Positions 46,820-57,911 are shown, numbered from the stretch's first letter. The stretch: 64,000 nucleotides of DNA from an uncultured Trueperaceae bacterium (GCA_963815215.1 CAWFFU010000003.1:480001-544000); one strand, 5' to 3'. Numbers and translations are program-made. Notes: generated by a model not told the origin, from the letters alone.

Positions 46820-47629
46820 TCATGACGTCGCATCCGAGGCCGCGAGGTCGACGGCCAGCAGCGACCACTCGCCGTCGCGTTCGACCCGGCAGCGTGCAAC
46901 CGTGGGCAGCGCCTGTCTCACGATCGCCTCCAGCCGCGTCAGGATGCCCGTCAGCAGCAGCACACCGTCCGGGTTCAGGCGTTCCAGGTAGGCAGGCATG
47001 AGCGCTGCATGGAGTTCGGCGTAGAGGTTGGCGACGACGACGTCGAAGCGAGACGGCAGATCGGGGTGATCGACACTCCCTTGCAGGAAGCGCGCGCGGG
47101 AACGGTTGAGCACGGCGTTGCGCCGCGCCACCGCGACGGTGGCGGCGTCGGTGTCGACCCCGACGGCCAGGCTCGCGCCCAACCGATCGGCCGCGACCGC
47201 GAGGATGCCGGAGCCGGACCCCACGTCGAGCACGCTACGGTCCACCAGCTCACGCCCAGCCAGTGCCGCCAGCGCGAGTCGCGTGGTCTCGTGGTGCCCG
47301 GTACCGAAGGCGCTCCCGGGGTCGAGCCACACCACCTGCTCCCCCGCCGCCAGGCTGGCGCGGCGGTGGGTCGGCGCGACCACCAGTGGGCCCACCCGCA
47401 CCGGCCTGAGCTCGGCGCGGTAGGCGGCCACGTGATCGATCGCCTCGACGTCCTCCCAGCTTCCCTCGAGCCCCACCTCGACGCGCTGCTCGAAGTACGC
47501 CACGATCTCGGCACCCTTCGGCCCCGACGCCTCCACCACCCCCACCGAGCCCAACTCGAACAGGCGTGCTACCTCCGGACTCTCCGCCTCGAGCCGACCC
47601 CGCATCCGGAACGCCTTCAACCCGACCAC
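46820..47629 (-). CDS. prmA: Ribosomal protein L11 methyltransferase
   Basis: LDPGSAFGTGHHETT, VLDVGSGSGILA, VVANL. Confidence 0.93.
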   Translation of the reverse strand: MVGLKAFRMRGRLEAESPEVARLFELGSVGVVEASGPKGAEIVAYFEQRVEVGLEGSWEDVEAIDHVAAYRAELRPVRVGPLVVAPTHRRASLAAGEQVVWLDPGSAFGTGHHETTRLALAALAGRELVDRSVLDVGSGSGILAVAADRLGASLAVGVDTDAATVAVARRNAVLNRSRARFLQGSVDHPDLPSRFDVVVANLYAELHAALMPAYLERLNPDGVLLLTGILTRLEAIVRQALPTVARCRVERDGEWSLLAVDLAASDATS

Positions 47630-47630
47630 C

Positions 47631-49343
47631 TCACGGCGCCGGCTCCAACTCCGCCACGCGCTCTTCGCCGGTGACGATCTCGAAGCCCAGCCGCTCGCCC
47701 TCTCGCAGGTAGAACGCGATGTCCGCGGTGCGCGTGGAGGGGCCCAGGCTGCGACGATCGAAGGCATGGGCGGCGGTCATGATCATGGTCTCGGCCATGC
47801 AGGCGGGAACGTACCCATCCCCGAACCGGATGTCGATGCGCGAGCGCATCTCCCCCGGCGGGCGCACCACCCCACCCGGGACGATCTGCACGCCCGGGAC
47901 CTCGCGAACGCTGGGGTGCACGTCGCTTGGCCTTCCCAGATCGAAGATCCAGGCACCCGGCCGGACATGCTCGGGTCGCAGCACCGGCGCCGGGTCGGAG
48001 GTCGCCGTGAACACCAGCTCGGCACCCGCCACGGCAGCGAGGTCGGTCGTGGCCACGATGCGCGTGTCCGGGTACTTGCGGGCGAGGGTGGCAGCGCTGC
48101 GTCGCAGCCGCTCCGCGTCACGGCCCACCAGGATCAGCTCGTGGACCTCGGGGGCGATCATGCGCGCGACCCCGAACGCGACCACGCCGTTGGCGCCGAC
48201 CACGGCCGCGGTGGCGTGGCGCAGCGTGCCGCCGGCCGCCGCGAAGCGCTCGAGCAAGCCGGGCACGGCCGCGCGCACGCTCGCCGCCGTGTACGCCCCT
48301 CCGTTGGTGACGGCGATCTCGGGAACCGCGCGCTGCACCTCCTCGCCCTTGCCCCCGACGGTCGACCAGAACGCCCCCAGGCCGACCGCCTCGGCGCCGA
48401 GCTCGTGCGCCAAACGGGCGCCTTGCACCGCCATCCTCAGCGCGATGTCGGGGTGAGCCGCGAACTGATCGGGCAGCATCGGGCCGCCGATGAGGAGCAC
48501 CCGCATGCGTCGGCCGTCGGGCAGCCGGATGCCCTCGATGACCCCCTGGCTCTGGGGCCGCATGCGCAGCATGATCCGGCGCAGCGCTGACTCGGGCAGC
48601 AGGCCCCGCGCCGCGAGGTGGCGGAGCCAGCGCTGGCTGGGCGGCTGCCACAGGTCGTCCACGGTCATCGGGTGCAACAGGAAGGCGCACAGTACGGCGT
48701 CGCGATCGAGCCCGCGCACCGCCGGCGGCTCGCCCAGACGCGCCTCGGTGCCGTCACGCACACGAGCCACCGCCGCCTTCTGGCGCCAGCCACCCGCGAG
48801 AGCGATGAGCGCGGCGGCCACAGCGGCCGTTACCGGAGCCGCGCCCGACAGCCAGGCCGCCGTGGCGGCGAGCGCCAGCACCGTCAGCCCGCTCGCGGTG
48901 GCCAGAACCACGTAGCGGCGCGCCGCGAGCACCGCCGCGTAGGTCCAGATCGGTGCGGCCAGCGCCAGCCACGGGAGCGAGCCCGCGACCGAGAGCCCCG
49001 CCAGAGCACCGAGCAGCACGCCGTTGCCGCGACCCCGCAGCGGTCTCGGGCGGCCAGGCAGGTGCAGCGGGTAGAGGTGGCCGAGGTAGACGGCCAGCGC
49101 CCCGAGCGGCGCGATGGGCACCAGCACCACGACGACGGCGCCCTTCAGGACGTCGAGTGCGAACGCCGCCAGGGCCGCCGGAGCGCCCACCATCCGGTAG
49201 ACGTTCTCCACGCCGATGAGGTGGGGGTTGACCTCGGCCGGCTCCGAACCCGACACCCAGCGAACCAGGGTGGAGCCCAATGGCAACGACCCGACCAGCC
49301 ACGCCACCAGCATCCCGACGACCGTTCCGATGAACCCATGCAT
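47631..49343 (-). CDS. PlsY-like acyltransferase fused to an NAD(P)-binding acyl-ACP-reductase-like domain
   Basis: N-terminal WLVGSLP, LDVLKG, LGHLYP (PlsY-like); C-terminal AFLLHP, GLGAFWS, TNGGAYTA, AVVGANGVVA, DLGRP, PACMAET. Confidence 0.8.
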   Translation of the reverse strand: MHGFIGTVVGMLVAWLVGSLPLGSTLVRWVSGSEPAEVNPHLIGVENVYRMVGAPAALAAFALDVLKGAVVVVLVPIAPLGALAVYLGHLYPLHLPGRPRPLRGRGNGVLLGALAGLSVAGSLPWLALAAPIWTYAAVLAARRYVVLATASGLTVLALAATAAWLSGAAPVTAAVAAALIALAGGWRQKAAVARVRDGTEARLGEPPAVRGLDRDAVLCAFLLHPMTVDDLWQPPSQRWLRHLAARGLLPESALRRIMLRMRPQSQGVIEGIRLPDGRRMRVLLIGGPMLPDQFAAHPDIALRMAVQGARLAHELGAEAVGLGAFWSTVGGKGEEVQRAVPEIAVTNGGAYTAASVRAAVPGLLERFAAAGGTLRHATAAVVGANGVVAFGVARMIAPEVHELILVGRDAERLRRSAATLARKYPDTRIVATTDLAAVAGAELVFTATSDPAPVLRPEHVRPGAWIFDLGRPSDVHPSVREVPGVQIVPGGVVRPPGEMRSRIDIRFGDGYVPACMAETMIMTAAHAFDRRSLGPSTRTADIAFYLREGERLGFEIVTGEERVAELEPAP

Positions 49344-49463
49344 GCGCTGCCCATTGTAGGCTGCGCACCGCCGCTGCGGTCCCGGGGGCCACCGGGCGCC
49401 GCCCGTCGACGCACGCCTGCGTACCCGCCGAGCCCGCAAGCGGCACACCGTACAATGGCCTGC

Positions 49464-50792
49464 GTGGAGAGCCGCACACCCCCCCATAACCTCGATGCGG
49501 AACAGAGCGTCCTGGGAAGCATCCTGCTCGACAACGAGACCTACGCCTCGCTGGAAGGGATGCTGGCGGCGGATCACTTCTACAAGGAAGGGCATCGCAA
49601 GATCTTCCGGGCCATCGAGCGTCTGTTCCGGCGCGGCGACCCCATGGACCTGGTGACCCTCACCGAGGAGCTCCGGCAGTCCGGTGAGCTCGAGAGCGTG
49701 GGTAGCGTGCCCTACCTCATCGGCCTGGCCGACAGCGTCCCTACCGCGGCCTACGCCGACAGCTACGCGCGCATCGTACTGGAGAAGGCGACCCTCCGCG
49801 ACCTCATCTCCGCCAGCGGCAGGATCATGCAGCTCGCCTACGATCAGGCCGGCCCGCTCGACGAGGTGCTGGACCAGGCCGAGCAGAGCATCTTCGACCT
49901 GGCCACCAAGAAGCGGCGTAGCCAGTTCGAGGGGATGCCGACGCTCGTCACCGAGACGTTCGCGCACATCAATGAGCTGTTCGCCAACCCAGACCCGGTC
50001 TCGGGCATGCGCACGGGCTTCAAGGAGCTCGACATGATGACCGCCGGGCTGCAACCGTCTAGCCTGAACGTTCTAGCTGCGCGGCCCTCGATGGGCAAGA
50101 CGGCGCTCGCCCTCAGCATGGCGCTCAACGCCGCCTTGCGCGACAGCGTCAGCGTCGGCATCTTCTCGTTGGAGATGTCGGCCGTACAACTCGTCACCCG
50201 CATGCTCTGCTCCGAAGCGCGCGTCGACATGAGCCGGGTTCGCAACGGCCAGCTCTCCGACCGCGACTTCCAACGTCTCGCCGACACCGCCGGGCGCATG
50301 TCGGAGGCCCGCGTCTTCATCGACGACAACCCCGATCTCACGGTGATGGAGCTGCGCTCGCGCGCCCGCCGGCTCACCGCCGAGCACGACCTCGGGCTGC
50401 TGGTCGTCGACTATCTGCAGCTCATGTCGGCCGGTACGCGAAGCACCGGCGAGAATCGCCAGCAGGAGATCTCAGCCATCTCGCGCGGCCTCAAGGCCCT
50501 GGCGCGGGAGCTGGACATCCCGGTGCTGGTACTGTCGCAGCTCTCACGCGCCGTCGAGGGCCGGCCCAACAAGCGACCCATGCTCTCCGATCTCCGCGAG
50601 AGTGGCGCCATCGAGCAGGACGCCGACCTCGTCATGTTCATCTACCGCGACGAGTACTACGACCAGCAATCCGAGAAGCACGGGATCGCAGAGGTCATCA
50701 TCGGCAAGCAGCGTAACGGACCGACCGGAACGCTGGAGCTCCAGTTCCACAACTCGCACGTGCGCTTCAACGACCTGGCCCGTGCTCCCTGA
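49464..50792 (+). CDS. dnaB: Replicative DNA helicase
   Basis: PPHNLDAEQSVLG, AARPSMGKT, VVDYLQL, DLRESGAIEQDAD; leaderless GTG seven nt after TACAAT. Confidence 0.97.
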   Translation: MESRTPPHNLDAEQSVLGSILLDNETYASLEGMLAADHFYKEGHRKIFRAIERLFRRGDPMDLVTLTEELRQSGELESVGSVPYLIGLADSVPTAAYADSYARIVLEKATLRDLISASGRIMQLAYDQAGPLDEVLDQAEQSIFDLATKKRRSQFEGMPTLVTETFAHINELFANPDPVSGMRTGFKELDMMTAGLQPSSLNVLAARPSMGKTALALSMALNAALRDSVSVGIFSLEMSAVQLVTRMLCSEARVDMSRVRNGQLSDRDFQRLADTAGRMSEARVFIDDNPDLTVMELRSRARRLTAEHDLGLLVVDYLQLMSAGTRSTGENRQQEISAISRGLKALARELDIPVLVLSQLSRAVEGRPNKRPMLSDLRESGAIEQDADLVMFIYRDEYYDQQSEKHGIAEVIIGKQRNGPTGTLELQFHNSHVRFNDLARAP

Positions 50793-50864
50793 GTCGCAGC
50801 GAAGCGTGAAGGGAGGCGCACGCTTGGCCAACGTCGGGCTCATGGCTCGGGGGTAGACTGACGT

Positions 50865-52772
50865 ATGGGTCGCTTCCCACTCCGCGGTCTCCTGGTCGCC
50901 GCCGGCGTCATCGCGCTGGTGGTCTTCGTAGCGACGCAGTCGAGCCACCGGGCCCAACACGAGACCAAGAGTTACTCGACCTTCCAGCAGCAGCTCGATA
51001 GCGGGCAGATCCAGAGCATCCGCGTCCGCAACACCGAGCTCGAGGTGACGCCCAGGAGCGGCACCCCTTATGTGACCTACCTGCCGACCCCGCCGACCGA
51101 CCTTAGCCGCTTCACCAGCCACGGCGTCGACGTTCAGGCCATCCCTCCCGGCACCAACTGGGGAAACGTGCTGGTCTACGCTCTGCCCATCCTCTTGATG
51201 GTAGGGCTCCTCTTCTACCTGATGCGCGGTGCCCGTGGCGGCGGTGACGGGGCGATCTCGTTCGGAAAGAGCCGCGCTCGGCTGGTCACCGAGGAGAACA
51301 CCAACGTCCTGTTCAAGGACGTGGCCGGCGTCGAGGAGGCCAAGAGCGACCTCACCGAAGTCGTCGAGTTCCTCAAGAACCCGGCCAAGTTCCACGCCCT
51401 GGGCGCGCGCATTCCCCACGGCGTGTTGATGGTGGGACCGCCGGGATCGGGCAAGACCCACCTGGCCAAGGCCGTGGCCGGCGAGGCCAAGGTACCGTTC
51501 TTCTCCATCAGCGGCTCCGACTTCGTGGAGATGTTCGTCGGCGTGGGCGCCGCTCGCGTCCGCGACCTGTTCGAGACGGCCAAGAAGAATGCACCGTGCA
51601 TCGTGTTCATCGACGAGATCGATGCCGTCGGGCGACGTCGAGGGATGTCCATCAATGGCGGCAACGACGAGCGTGAACAGACTTTGAATGCCCTACTGGT
51701 CGAAATGGACGGCTTCGAGACCCAGCACGACATCATCATCATGGCGGCTACCAACCGCCCGGACGTGCTCGACCCGGCGTTGCTCCGCCCCGGACGCTTC
51801 GACCGCCAGGTCGTCGTCGACGCCCCCGACGTCCGCGGACGCGAGGCCATCCTGGCGATCCACGCGCGCGGCAAGCCCCTGGCCGGCGAGGTCGACCTGC
51901 ATCGTGTGGCGGTCCGGACCCCTGGCTTCGTGGGCGCCGACCTGGAGAACCTGCTCAACGAGGCCGCGCTGGTGGCGGCCCGCAGCGACCGGCGCGAGAT
52001 CGGTATGACGGACATCGACGAGGCGGCCGATCGGGTGGTGATGGGCCCCGAGCGTCGTAGTCGCGTCATCAACGAGCGCGAGAAGCGGGTGACCGCCTTC
52101 CACGAGGCCGGGCACGCGCTGGCCGCCTATCTTCTCGAACATGCCGACCCGGTGCACAAGATCACCATCGTGCCGCGCGGCCGGGCCATGGGCTACGTCA
52201 TGCAGTTCCCGGAGGAGGACCGCATGTCGGCCAGCCGCAACATGCTCCTCGATCGCGTAGCGGTCGCGCTGGCCGGGCGCGCCACCGAGCAACTCGTGTT
52301 CGACGACGTGACCACCGGCGCACAGAACGACTTCGAGCAGGCGACCGAGATCGCCCGGCGCATGGTCACACGCTGGGGCATGAGTGAGGTCGTCGGGCAC
52401 GTGGCGCTGTCGAGCTCATCGGACTCGTATCTCGGAGACGTCGAGGGGGCGCGGTCGTACAGCGAAGACACGGCGCGCGTCATCGACGGCGAGGTCAAGG
52501 GCATCCTCGGCGAGCAGTACCGCCGCGTGTCCGACCTGATCGAAGCGCATCGCTCCGAGCTCGAGCGCGTCGTCGACGTCCTGCTGGAGCGCGAAACGCT
52601 GCACGCCGACGAGTTCGTGACGCTGCTCCGCGGCGACGCGCTGGCTCCGGCGCCCAACCCGGTTCGGGCCGAGCCGGCCCGTTCCCGAGGGCCGTCCGCG
52701 CCGGAGAAGGGGTCGGGCGAGGCTCCGCAGGAACCTCGGCTTCCGCCAGGGATGCTCCCCAAGCCCGGCTGA
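50865..52772 (+). CDS. ftsH: ATP-dependent zinc metalloprotease FtsH
   Basis: Two TM segments, [28 protein letters not shown]. Confidence 0.97.
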   Translation: MGRFPLRGLLVAAGVIALVVFVATQSSHRAQHETKSYSTFQQQLDSGQIQSIRVRNTELEVTPRSGTPYVTYLPTPPTDLSRFTSHGVDVQAIPPGTNWGNVLVYALPILLMVGLLFYLMRGARGGGDGAISFGKSRARLVTEENTNVLFKDVAGVEEAKSDLTEVVEFLKNPAKFHALGARIPHGVLMVGPPGSGKTHLAKAVAGEAKVPFFSISGSDFVEMFVGVGAARVRDLFETAKKNAPCIVFIDEIDAVGRRRGMSINGGNDEREQTLNALLVEMDGFETQHDIIIMAATNRPDVLDPALLRPGRFDRQVVVDAPDVRGREAILAIHARGKPLAGEVDLHRVAVRTPGFVGADLENLLNEAALVAARSDRREIGMTDIDEAADRVVMGPERRSRVINEREKRVTAFHEAGHALAAYLLEHADPVHKITIVPRGRAMGYVMQFPEEDRMSASRNMLLDRVAVALAGRATEQLVFDDVTTGAQNDFEQATEIARRMVTRWGMSEVVGHVALSSSSDSYLGDVEGARSYSEDTARVIDGEVKGILGEQYRRVSDLIEAHRSELERVVDVLLERETLHADEFVTLLRGDALAPAPNPVRAEPARSRGPSAPEKGSGEAPQEPRLPPGMLPKPG

Positions 52773-52879
52773 ATCGCCGTCCAGCAGGGGGCAGGAATCC
52801 CGACACGCTTGCGAAAATTTCACTCGGAGCCATGAGGGCACCGTGATAGACTCCGCTTGATTTACGAGGAGGAGACGTT

Positions 52880-54067
52880 ATGCCCTCAATGCGCGAGCGC
52901 CTGGCGCGCATGCTCAGCCCCAGGATCGAAGCAGTCGGTCTAGAGGTGGGCACCAGTGCGCTCAAGGTGGTGGAGCTTCGACCAGGGAACCCGCCGACTC
53001 TGGTCGCGATGTCCGTCCGCCCCATGCCGCCTGGTCTCATCCAGGACGACCAGGTGGTCGACGCGCGTGGGCTGGCTGACGAGATCAAGGCACTGCTGGA
53101 CGAGGCGGGCGTCCACAAGCGGTTCGCGGTGGCGGCCGTGAGTAACCGGCAGGCGATCACGCGCAACATCCACGTCCCCAAGATGACGATGCACGAGCTC
53201 GACGAGGCGATCAAGTGGGAGGCCGAACGCTACATCCCCTTCCCGATCGACGAGGTCGTCCTCGACTACTACGTGCTCGACAACCCCGACGATATCGAGG
53301 AAGGCGGTCAGCTCGAGGTGGTGATCGTCGCGGCCCGGCTCGACCAGGTCACGCAGCAGGTCGAGTACATGAAGCAGGCAGGGCTGGAGCCGCTGGTGCT
53401 CGACGTCAAGCCCTTCACCTTGCTGCGCTCGCTCAAGGGCTCGCTGCTCGGCGAACACCTCACCAAGACCACGCTGACCGGCACCAGCTACACCGAGGCC
53501 AACGAGATCGGCGTGGTCCTCGAGATCGCCGCCTCGAACACCACCATCACGCTGGTGCGCGGTGAGCGGGTGTTGATGAACCGCAACATCGGCGTCAGCG
53601 GCGACGACTTCACCGCTGCCATCCAGCGCTCCTTCGGGCTGGACTTCGACAGCGCCGAGGACGTGAAGCTCGACTACGGTACGGCTACGATCCCCACCGA
53701 GGACGAGGAAGAGCTCCTCAACTTCGACGCCAAGCGCGAGCAGTTCAGCCCCAGCCGGGTCTACGAGTCGCTGAGACCGGTGCTGGTCGATCTCACTACC
53801 GAGATCCGCCGGAGCCTGGAGTTCTTCCGGGTGCAGACGGGCGACGCCAACATCAGCCGCATGGTGGTGACCGGCGGCGGTGCCAAGCTGCGCGGCCTGC
53901 CCGAAGCGATCGGCGACGCGCTCGGGTTCCGGGTGGAACTCGGCGATCCCTGGCTCACGGTCCACTATGACGAGAACCGCTTCGACAGCCAGTACCTGCA
54001 GAAGGTGGGTCCCGAGTTCGCGGTGCCCCTGGGCCTCGCGCTGAGAGGGGTGGCGGGCGTTGATTAA
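52880..54067 (+). CDS. pilM: Type IV pilus assembly protein PilM
   Basis: VGLEVGTSALKVVEL, WEAERYIPFP, TGGGAKL; GAGGAGG RBS. Confidence 0.95.
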   Translation: MPSMRERLARMLSPRIEAVGLEVGTSALKVVELRPGNPPTLVAMSVRPMPPGLIQDDQVVDARGLADEIKALLDEAGVHKRFAVAAVSNRQAITRNIHVPKMTMHELDEAIKWEAERYIPFPIDEVVLDYYVLDNPDDIEEGGQLEVVIVAARLDQVTQQVEYMKQAGLEPLVLDVKPFTLLRSLKGSLLGEHLTKTTLTGTSYTEANEIGVVLEIAASNTTITLVRGERVLMNRNIGVSGDDFTAAIQRSFGLDFDSAEDVKLDYGTATIPTEDEEELLNFDAKREQFSPSRVYESLRPVLVDLTTEIRRSLEFFRVQTGDANISRMVVTGGGAKLRGLPEAIGDALGFRVELGDPWLTVHYDENRFDSQYLQKVGPEFAVPLGLALRGVAGVD

Positions 54068-54671
54068 TGTCAACCTGCTTCCCAAGAACCTGAGGCGCGT
54101 TCGCGAGCCCGGCTATTGGCGCATACTGGCGGTCGCCTTCCCGATCATCGTGCTCGGGTTGGCGGCGGTGTTCCAGGTCTTCGCCTACCAGACCGAGCAG
54201 AACCTGCAGACCGAGAAGCAGGCGCGGGCCGATCAGTTGGCGTTGTTGCAGCCCTACCTGCAGGAGCAGCAGAGCCTGACGCAGCGTCAGCGCGACCTCA
54301 ATCAGCTCATCGCCGTCGAGAAGGCGGTCCACCAGAACCGCATCCTCTGGACCGGCGAGATCTCGGGGCTGTTGGAGACGCTACCCCCGCGCGGCACGGG
54401 CGCCCGCCCCAATATCGACTTCAAGAGCCTGAGCATGAGCGCCATCAACCCGCCGCGAAGCGATCCCGCGAAGTACGAGGGCAAGAGCGTGATCGCCGAG
54501 CTCAACGTCAGCGGTGATGTCGTCGACCCCGAGGTGCTGGCGCAGTTCGTCCGGGCGCTCGAGAGCTCCAAGGGCTACGGCGTCTCCTTCCGCAACGCGT
54601 CGCGCCAGGGAACCAACGACCTGTTCACCTACAGCCTGACGGTCGGCGCCCTGGCCGGGAGCCAGCCATGA
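54060..54671 (+). CDS. pilN: PilN
   Basis: INVNLLP motif, TM segment, coiled coil. Confidence 0.9.
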   Translation: MINVNLLPKNLRRVREPGYWRILAVAFPIIVLGLAAVFQVFAYQTEQNLQTEKQARADQLALLQPYLQEQQSLTQRQRDLNQLIAVEKAVHQNRILWTGEISGLLETLPPRGTGARPNIDFKSLSMSAINPPRSDPAKYEGKSVIAELNVSGDVVDPEVLAQFVRALESSKGYGVSFRNASRQGTNDLFTYSLTVGALAGSQP

Positions 54672-55261
54672 AGCTCGGGAACTTCAGCCTCCGCAATTTG
54701 CGGCAGCGCGATATCGCCATCCTGGCGATCGTGCTCTCGATCGTGGTGGCGGGACTCTGGTACTTCTATATGTACCGGCCCACGCAGGACCACATCGCGA
54801 CGTTGCAGAACGACATCGCTCAGCTCAACACCCAGATCCAGCGCGGCGAGCAGGCCCGGCGCAATCTGCCCGACCTGCGGGCGGCGGTGGCGCAGCTCGA
54901 ACAGGATCGGCGCACATTCCTCGCTCAGCTCCCCAAGGAGAGCGACATCTCCGGGCTCATCGACCAGCTGCGTACCTCGGCGTCCGACAGTCAGGTCAAG
55001 GTCGACAGCTTCGGGCAGGGGAGCGCGCAGGGCTCGGTCCAGGACGTTCGGCCGATCGGCTTCTCGATCGCGACGACGGGTACCTTCGTGAACACCATGG
55101 ACTTCCTCGGCAAGCTCGAAGGCCTGCAGCGCTTCACGAAGATCCACCAGGTCACGCTGAACGTGAAGGGCAACGCCGATAACAACCCCGACCTGAGTGC
55201 CAGCTTCAACTTCACGGTCTACGTCTATACCGGCAAGGATCCGGGGGCGGGGACACCATGA
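54668..55261 (+). CDS. pilO: PilO
   Basis: TM segment, coiled coil, LAQLP motif, operon position. Confidence 0.9.
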   Translation: MKLGNFSLRNLRQRDIAILAIVLSIVVAGLWYFYMYRPTQDHIATLQNDIAQLNTQIQRGEQARRNLPDLRAAVAQLEQDRRTFLAQLPKESDISGLIDQLRTSASDSQVKVDSFGQGSAQGSVQDVRPIGFSIATTGTFVNTMDFLGKLEGLQRFTKIHQVTLNVKGNADNNPDLSASFNFTVYVYTGKDPGAGTP

Positions 55262-56382
55262 CGCTCTCCAGAACGGCCCGCATCCTCATCGCGGTACTGC
55301 TGCTCGCTGCCGCTGCGTTCTTCTGGGTCAATTTCTTCTCCCAGGAGCCGCCGGCCGCGATCCCGGTGACGACCACCGGCACCCAGCCGTCGACCTCGTC
55401 ATCGACGTCGACGCCATCGGGTTCGATCACGGCCCCGGCCCCGGCCGGCACCACTGCACAGGCCACGGCCCCGGCGGATCAGAATGCCGCACCGGTGGTG
55501 GCGCCCAACAAGCCGGCCGTCGCGACACGCGACCTCCAGGTCGCCGAGCTGCCCTTCCTGGTGACGCAGCCGCCGGCCTCCGGGCAGGCGGCCGGGAGCG
55601 CAGCCGGTGCCGCGGCAGGATCGACCTCATCCACCGCCGGCACGCAGGCCACGACCTCGGGGCAACGCATGAGCGTCAACCCCTTCTCTCCGATCGTGGT
55701 CCAGGCGCCTGCGACTGCGCCATCGGCCACGCAGGCGTCGGCGCAACCGCCCGCCTCTCAACAGGTGACGACCGCACCCGCGCCCTCCGCGCAAACTGCG
55801 ACCCCACCGCAACTGGCTGAAGCACCGGCGCCGCAGCCGGTAGCTCCTCCGCCCCCGCAGGCGAGCGGTCTCCCCCACGCTCTGCCGTCCGGGATGCTCC
55901 CGACGACGCCGAGCGTGCTCCAGACGACGCGCGCGCAGGCGAGTTCGTCCGCGCCCAAGGACCTCGGTGCGGTGGCCGCCGTCCGCGTCCCGGACAACGC
56001 GAGCTCGGCCTCCCTGGGCACGGTCACCCAGCAGGGCGTGCTGTCCTCCGGGCCGACGCTACCCTCCGTCCTGGGACCTGGGCAGCCGACGCAGGCCAAC
56101 TCCGCCCAGGGGACTGCAGCCAATGGCAACCCGCCCCTCCAAGCGGGAACCGATTCCCTGAGCCGCTACCTCCGCGATAACAACGTACGGTTCACGGGCA
56201 CGGTGCTCGGCCCCGTCAGCGTGGGAGTCTTCCGATCGAGCCAGTACAAGATGCCCGTGGTCGTGTCGCTGGGGCAGGTGCTCCCCGACACCAAGATCAC
56301 GCTGACTGACCTCCGCGGCCACGAGGCCGTGTTCACGCTCAACGACTCCACGCAGAGCCTCTCCTTGGATCTCAGGCGGTGA
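55258..56382 (+). CDS. pilW: Thermus-type PilW (occupies the PilP position)
   Basis: TM anchor, ELPFLV and VNPFSP motifs, P/A/T-rich spacer, C-terminal FTGTVLGPVSVGVF beta domain. Confidence 0.8.
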   Translation: MTLSRTARILIAVLLLAAAAFFWVNFFSQEPPAAIPVTTTGTQPSTSSSTSTPSGSITAPAPAGTTAQATAPADQNAAPVVAPNKPAVATRDLQVAELPFLVTQPPASGQAAGSAAGAAAGSTSSTAGTQATTSGQRMSVNPFSPIVVQAPATAPSATQASAQPPASQQVTTAPAPSAQTATPPQLAEAPAPQPVAPPPPQASGLPHALPSGMLPTTPSVLQTTRAQASSSAPKDLGAVAAVRVPDNASSASLGTVTQQGVLSSGPTLPSVLGPGQPTQANSAQGTAANGNPPLQAGTDSLSRYLRDNNVRFTGTVLGPVSVGVFRSSQYKMPVVVSLGQVLPDTKITLTDLRGHEAVFTLNDSTQSLSLDLRR

Positions 56383-56384
56383 TC

Positions 56385-57887
56385 ATGAAACGTATCCTGG
56401 CCCTCCTCACGTTCCTCGCCCTGGTGGGGCTCGCGTCGGCCCAGTCACAGCTGACTCCCCTGCCGAACAACCCCAGGTTCGACCAGACGGTCGAGCTCAC
56501 CACCGGCGCCAACGGTGAGTCGTTACGAGCCATGGTGTCGGCGCTGGCGCGCTCGGTCGGCCTCACCGCCATCGTCAACGACGTTCCGGACAAGACCATC
56601 ACCTACGACATCGGCTCGCCGAAGCCGTTCCGGCAGGTCTGGGACATCGTGCTCACCCTGAACGACCTCGACTACGCCCTGCTCCCCAACGACGTCGTGG
56701 TCGTCGGTCCTACCGCGACGGTCGCGAAGTTGCAGCCGCAGCCGGCGGCGAGCACGCAGACGCAGACCCCGACGCCCGCGGCGGCGAACACGGTGCAGAA
56801 GTTCTACAAGGTCAACGCCGACCCCGCACAGGTCGTGCAGATCCTGCAGCGCTCCATCCCCGGTCTCGACGTGCAGGCTCTGCCGGGCGTGAAGAGCATC
56901 GTGGTGGTCGCGACGCAGCAGACCCAGGACAAGGTCCAGTCACTACTGCAGCAGTTCGATACGCTCTCGCAGGCCGAACCGCTGGAGCAGCGCACCTATC
57001 AACTCTCCAACGCCAACGCCACCGATCTCGCCAAGACGCTGCAGGACAGCGGTGTGGTGACGCAGCCGACGACCGGCGCCACGACCGGCACGGGCGCCAC
57101 CGCGCAGAACGCCACCAGCACGCAGGACTTCAAGGTGGTCGCCGACAAGCGCACCAACAGCCTGATCGTCACCGCCACGGCAGCCGTGCAGGCCCGGATC
57201 GCCGAGCTCATCCCCAAGCTGGACGTGCCGCAGAAGCAGGTGAACATCCAGGTGCGGATCCAGGAGGTCACCAAGTCGACCGCCTACGACCTCGGGCTGG
57301 ACATCACCAACGCCAGCTTCGGCAACCTGGCCGCATCGGTTCTCAGCACCGGGCTCAAGTTCGTGTTCGACATGAACACCGTCTCCCCCCTCAACATCAA
57401 CGCGGTGCTCAACGCGCTCGAACAGCAGGGCTTGTCGCGCACAGTGGACGACAGCAATATCACCGTCCTCGACAACGAGACGGGCACGATCCAGTCGGGC
57501 GGCACCATCTTCATCAGCATCCCCGGCGCCAACCAGAACATCGAACGCACGATCCCCTACGGCGTCCAGGTCAACGTCACGCCGCGCATCGCCAGCGACG
57601 GCCGCGTGACGCTGCTGATCAGCGCCAAGATCGATAGCGTGCTGTCCACCACCAACGACCCGAGCTTCTTGAACCTCTCCACGCGCGCGGTGACCTCGAC
57701 GGTCACGCTCGCACCGGGTCAGACCGCGCTGCTGGGCGGCCTGCTGCAGAACAGCCTCACCGTCGACAAGAAGCGCCTGCCGGTCATCGGCGCGATCCCC
57801 ATCATCGGCGACCTGCTGGGCAGCACCTCGACCCAGAACAAGAGCGGCGACCTCATCCTGGTGGTGAACGCGCAGACGATCGAGTAA
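56385..57887 (+). CDS. pilQ: Secretin PilQ
   Basis: Signal peptide, N3 repeats (ADKRTNSLIV), secretin domain ending LPVIGAIPIIGDLLG. Confidence 0.92.
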   Translation: MKRILALLTFLALVGLASAQSQLTPLPNNPRFDQTVELTTGANGESLRAMVSALARSVGLTAIVNDVPDKTITYDIGSPKPFRQVWDIVLTLNDLDYALLPNDVVVVGPTATVAKLQPQPAASTQTQTPTPAAANTVQKFYKVNADPAQVVQILQRSIPGLDVQALPGVKSIVVVATQQTQDKVQSLLQQFDTLSQAEPLEQRTYQLSNANATDLAKTLQDSGVVTQPTTGATTGTGATAQNATSTQDFKVVADKRTNSLIVTATAAVQARIAELIPKLDVPQKQVNIQVRIQEVTKSTAYDLGLDITNASFGNLAASVLSTGLKFVFDMNTVSPLNINAVLNALEQQGLSRTVDDSNITVLDNETGTIQSGGTIFISIPGANQNIERTIPYGVQVNVTPRIASDGRVTLLISAKIDSVLSTTNDPSFLNLSTRAVTSTVTLAPGQTALLGGLLQNSLTVDKKRLPVIGAIPIIGDLLGSTSTQNKSGDLILVVNAQTIE

Positions 57888-57911
57888 TCCCACAACGACC
57901 ACCGCAGATCC

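Noticed and set aside
48618..49463. N-terminal extension or intein in DnaB (724-aa ORF call)
   Set aside because: The extension overlaps the opposite-strand PlsY fusion; the start at 49464 gives a normal 442-aa DnaB with no intein.
52810..52824. CRP/DdrI site upstream of pilM
   Set aside because: TGCGA and TCACT are 5 nt apart rather than the 6 of the CRP consensus; too weak to call.
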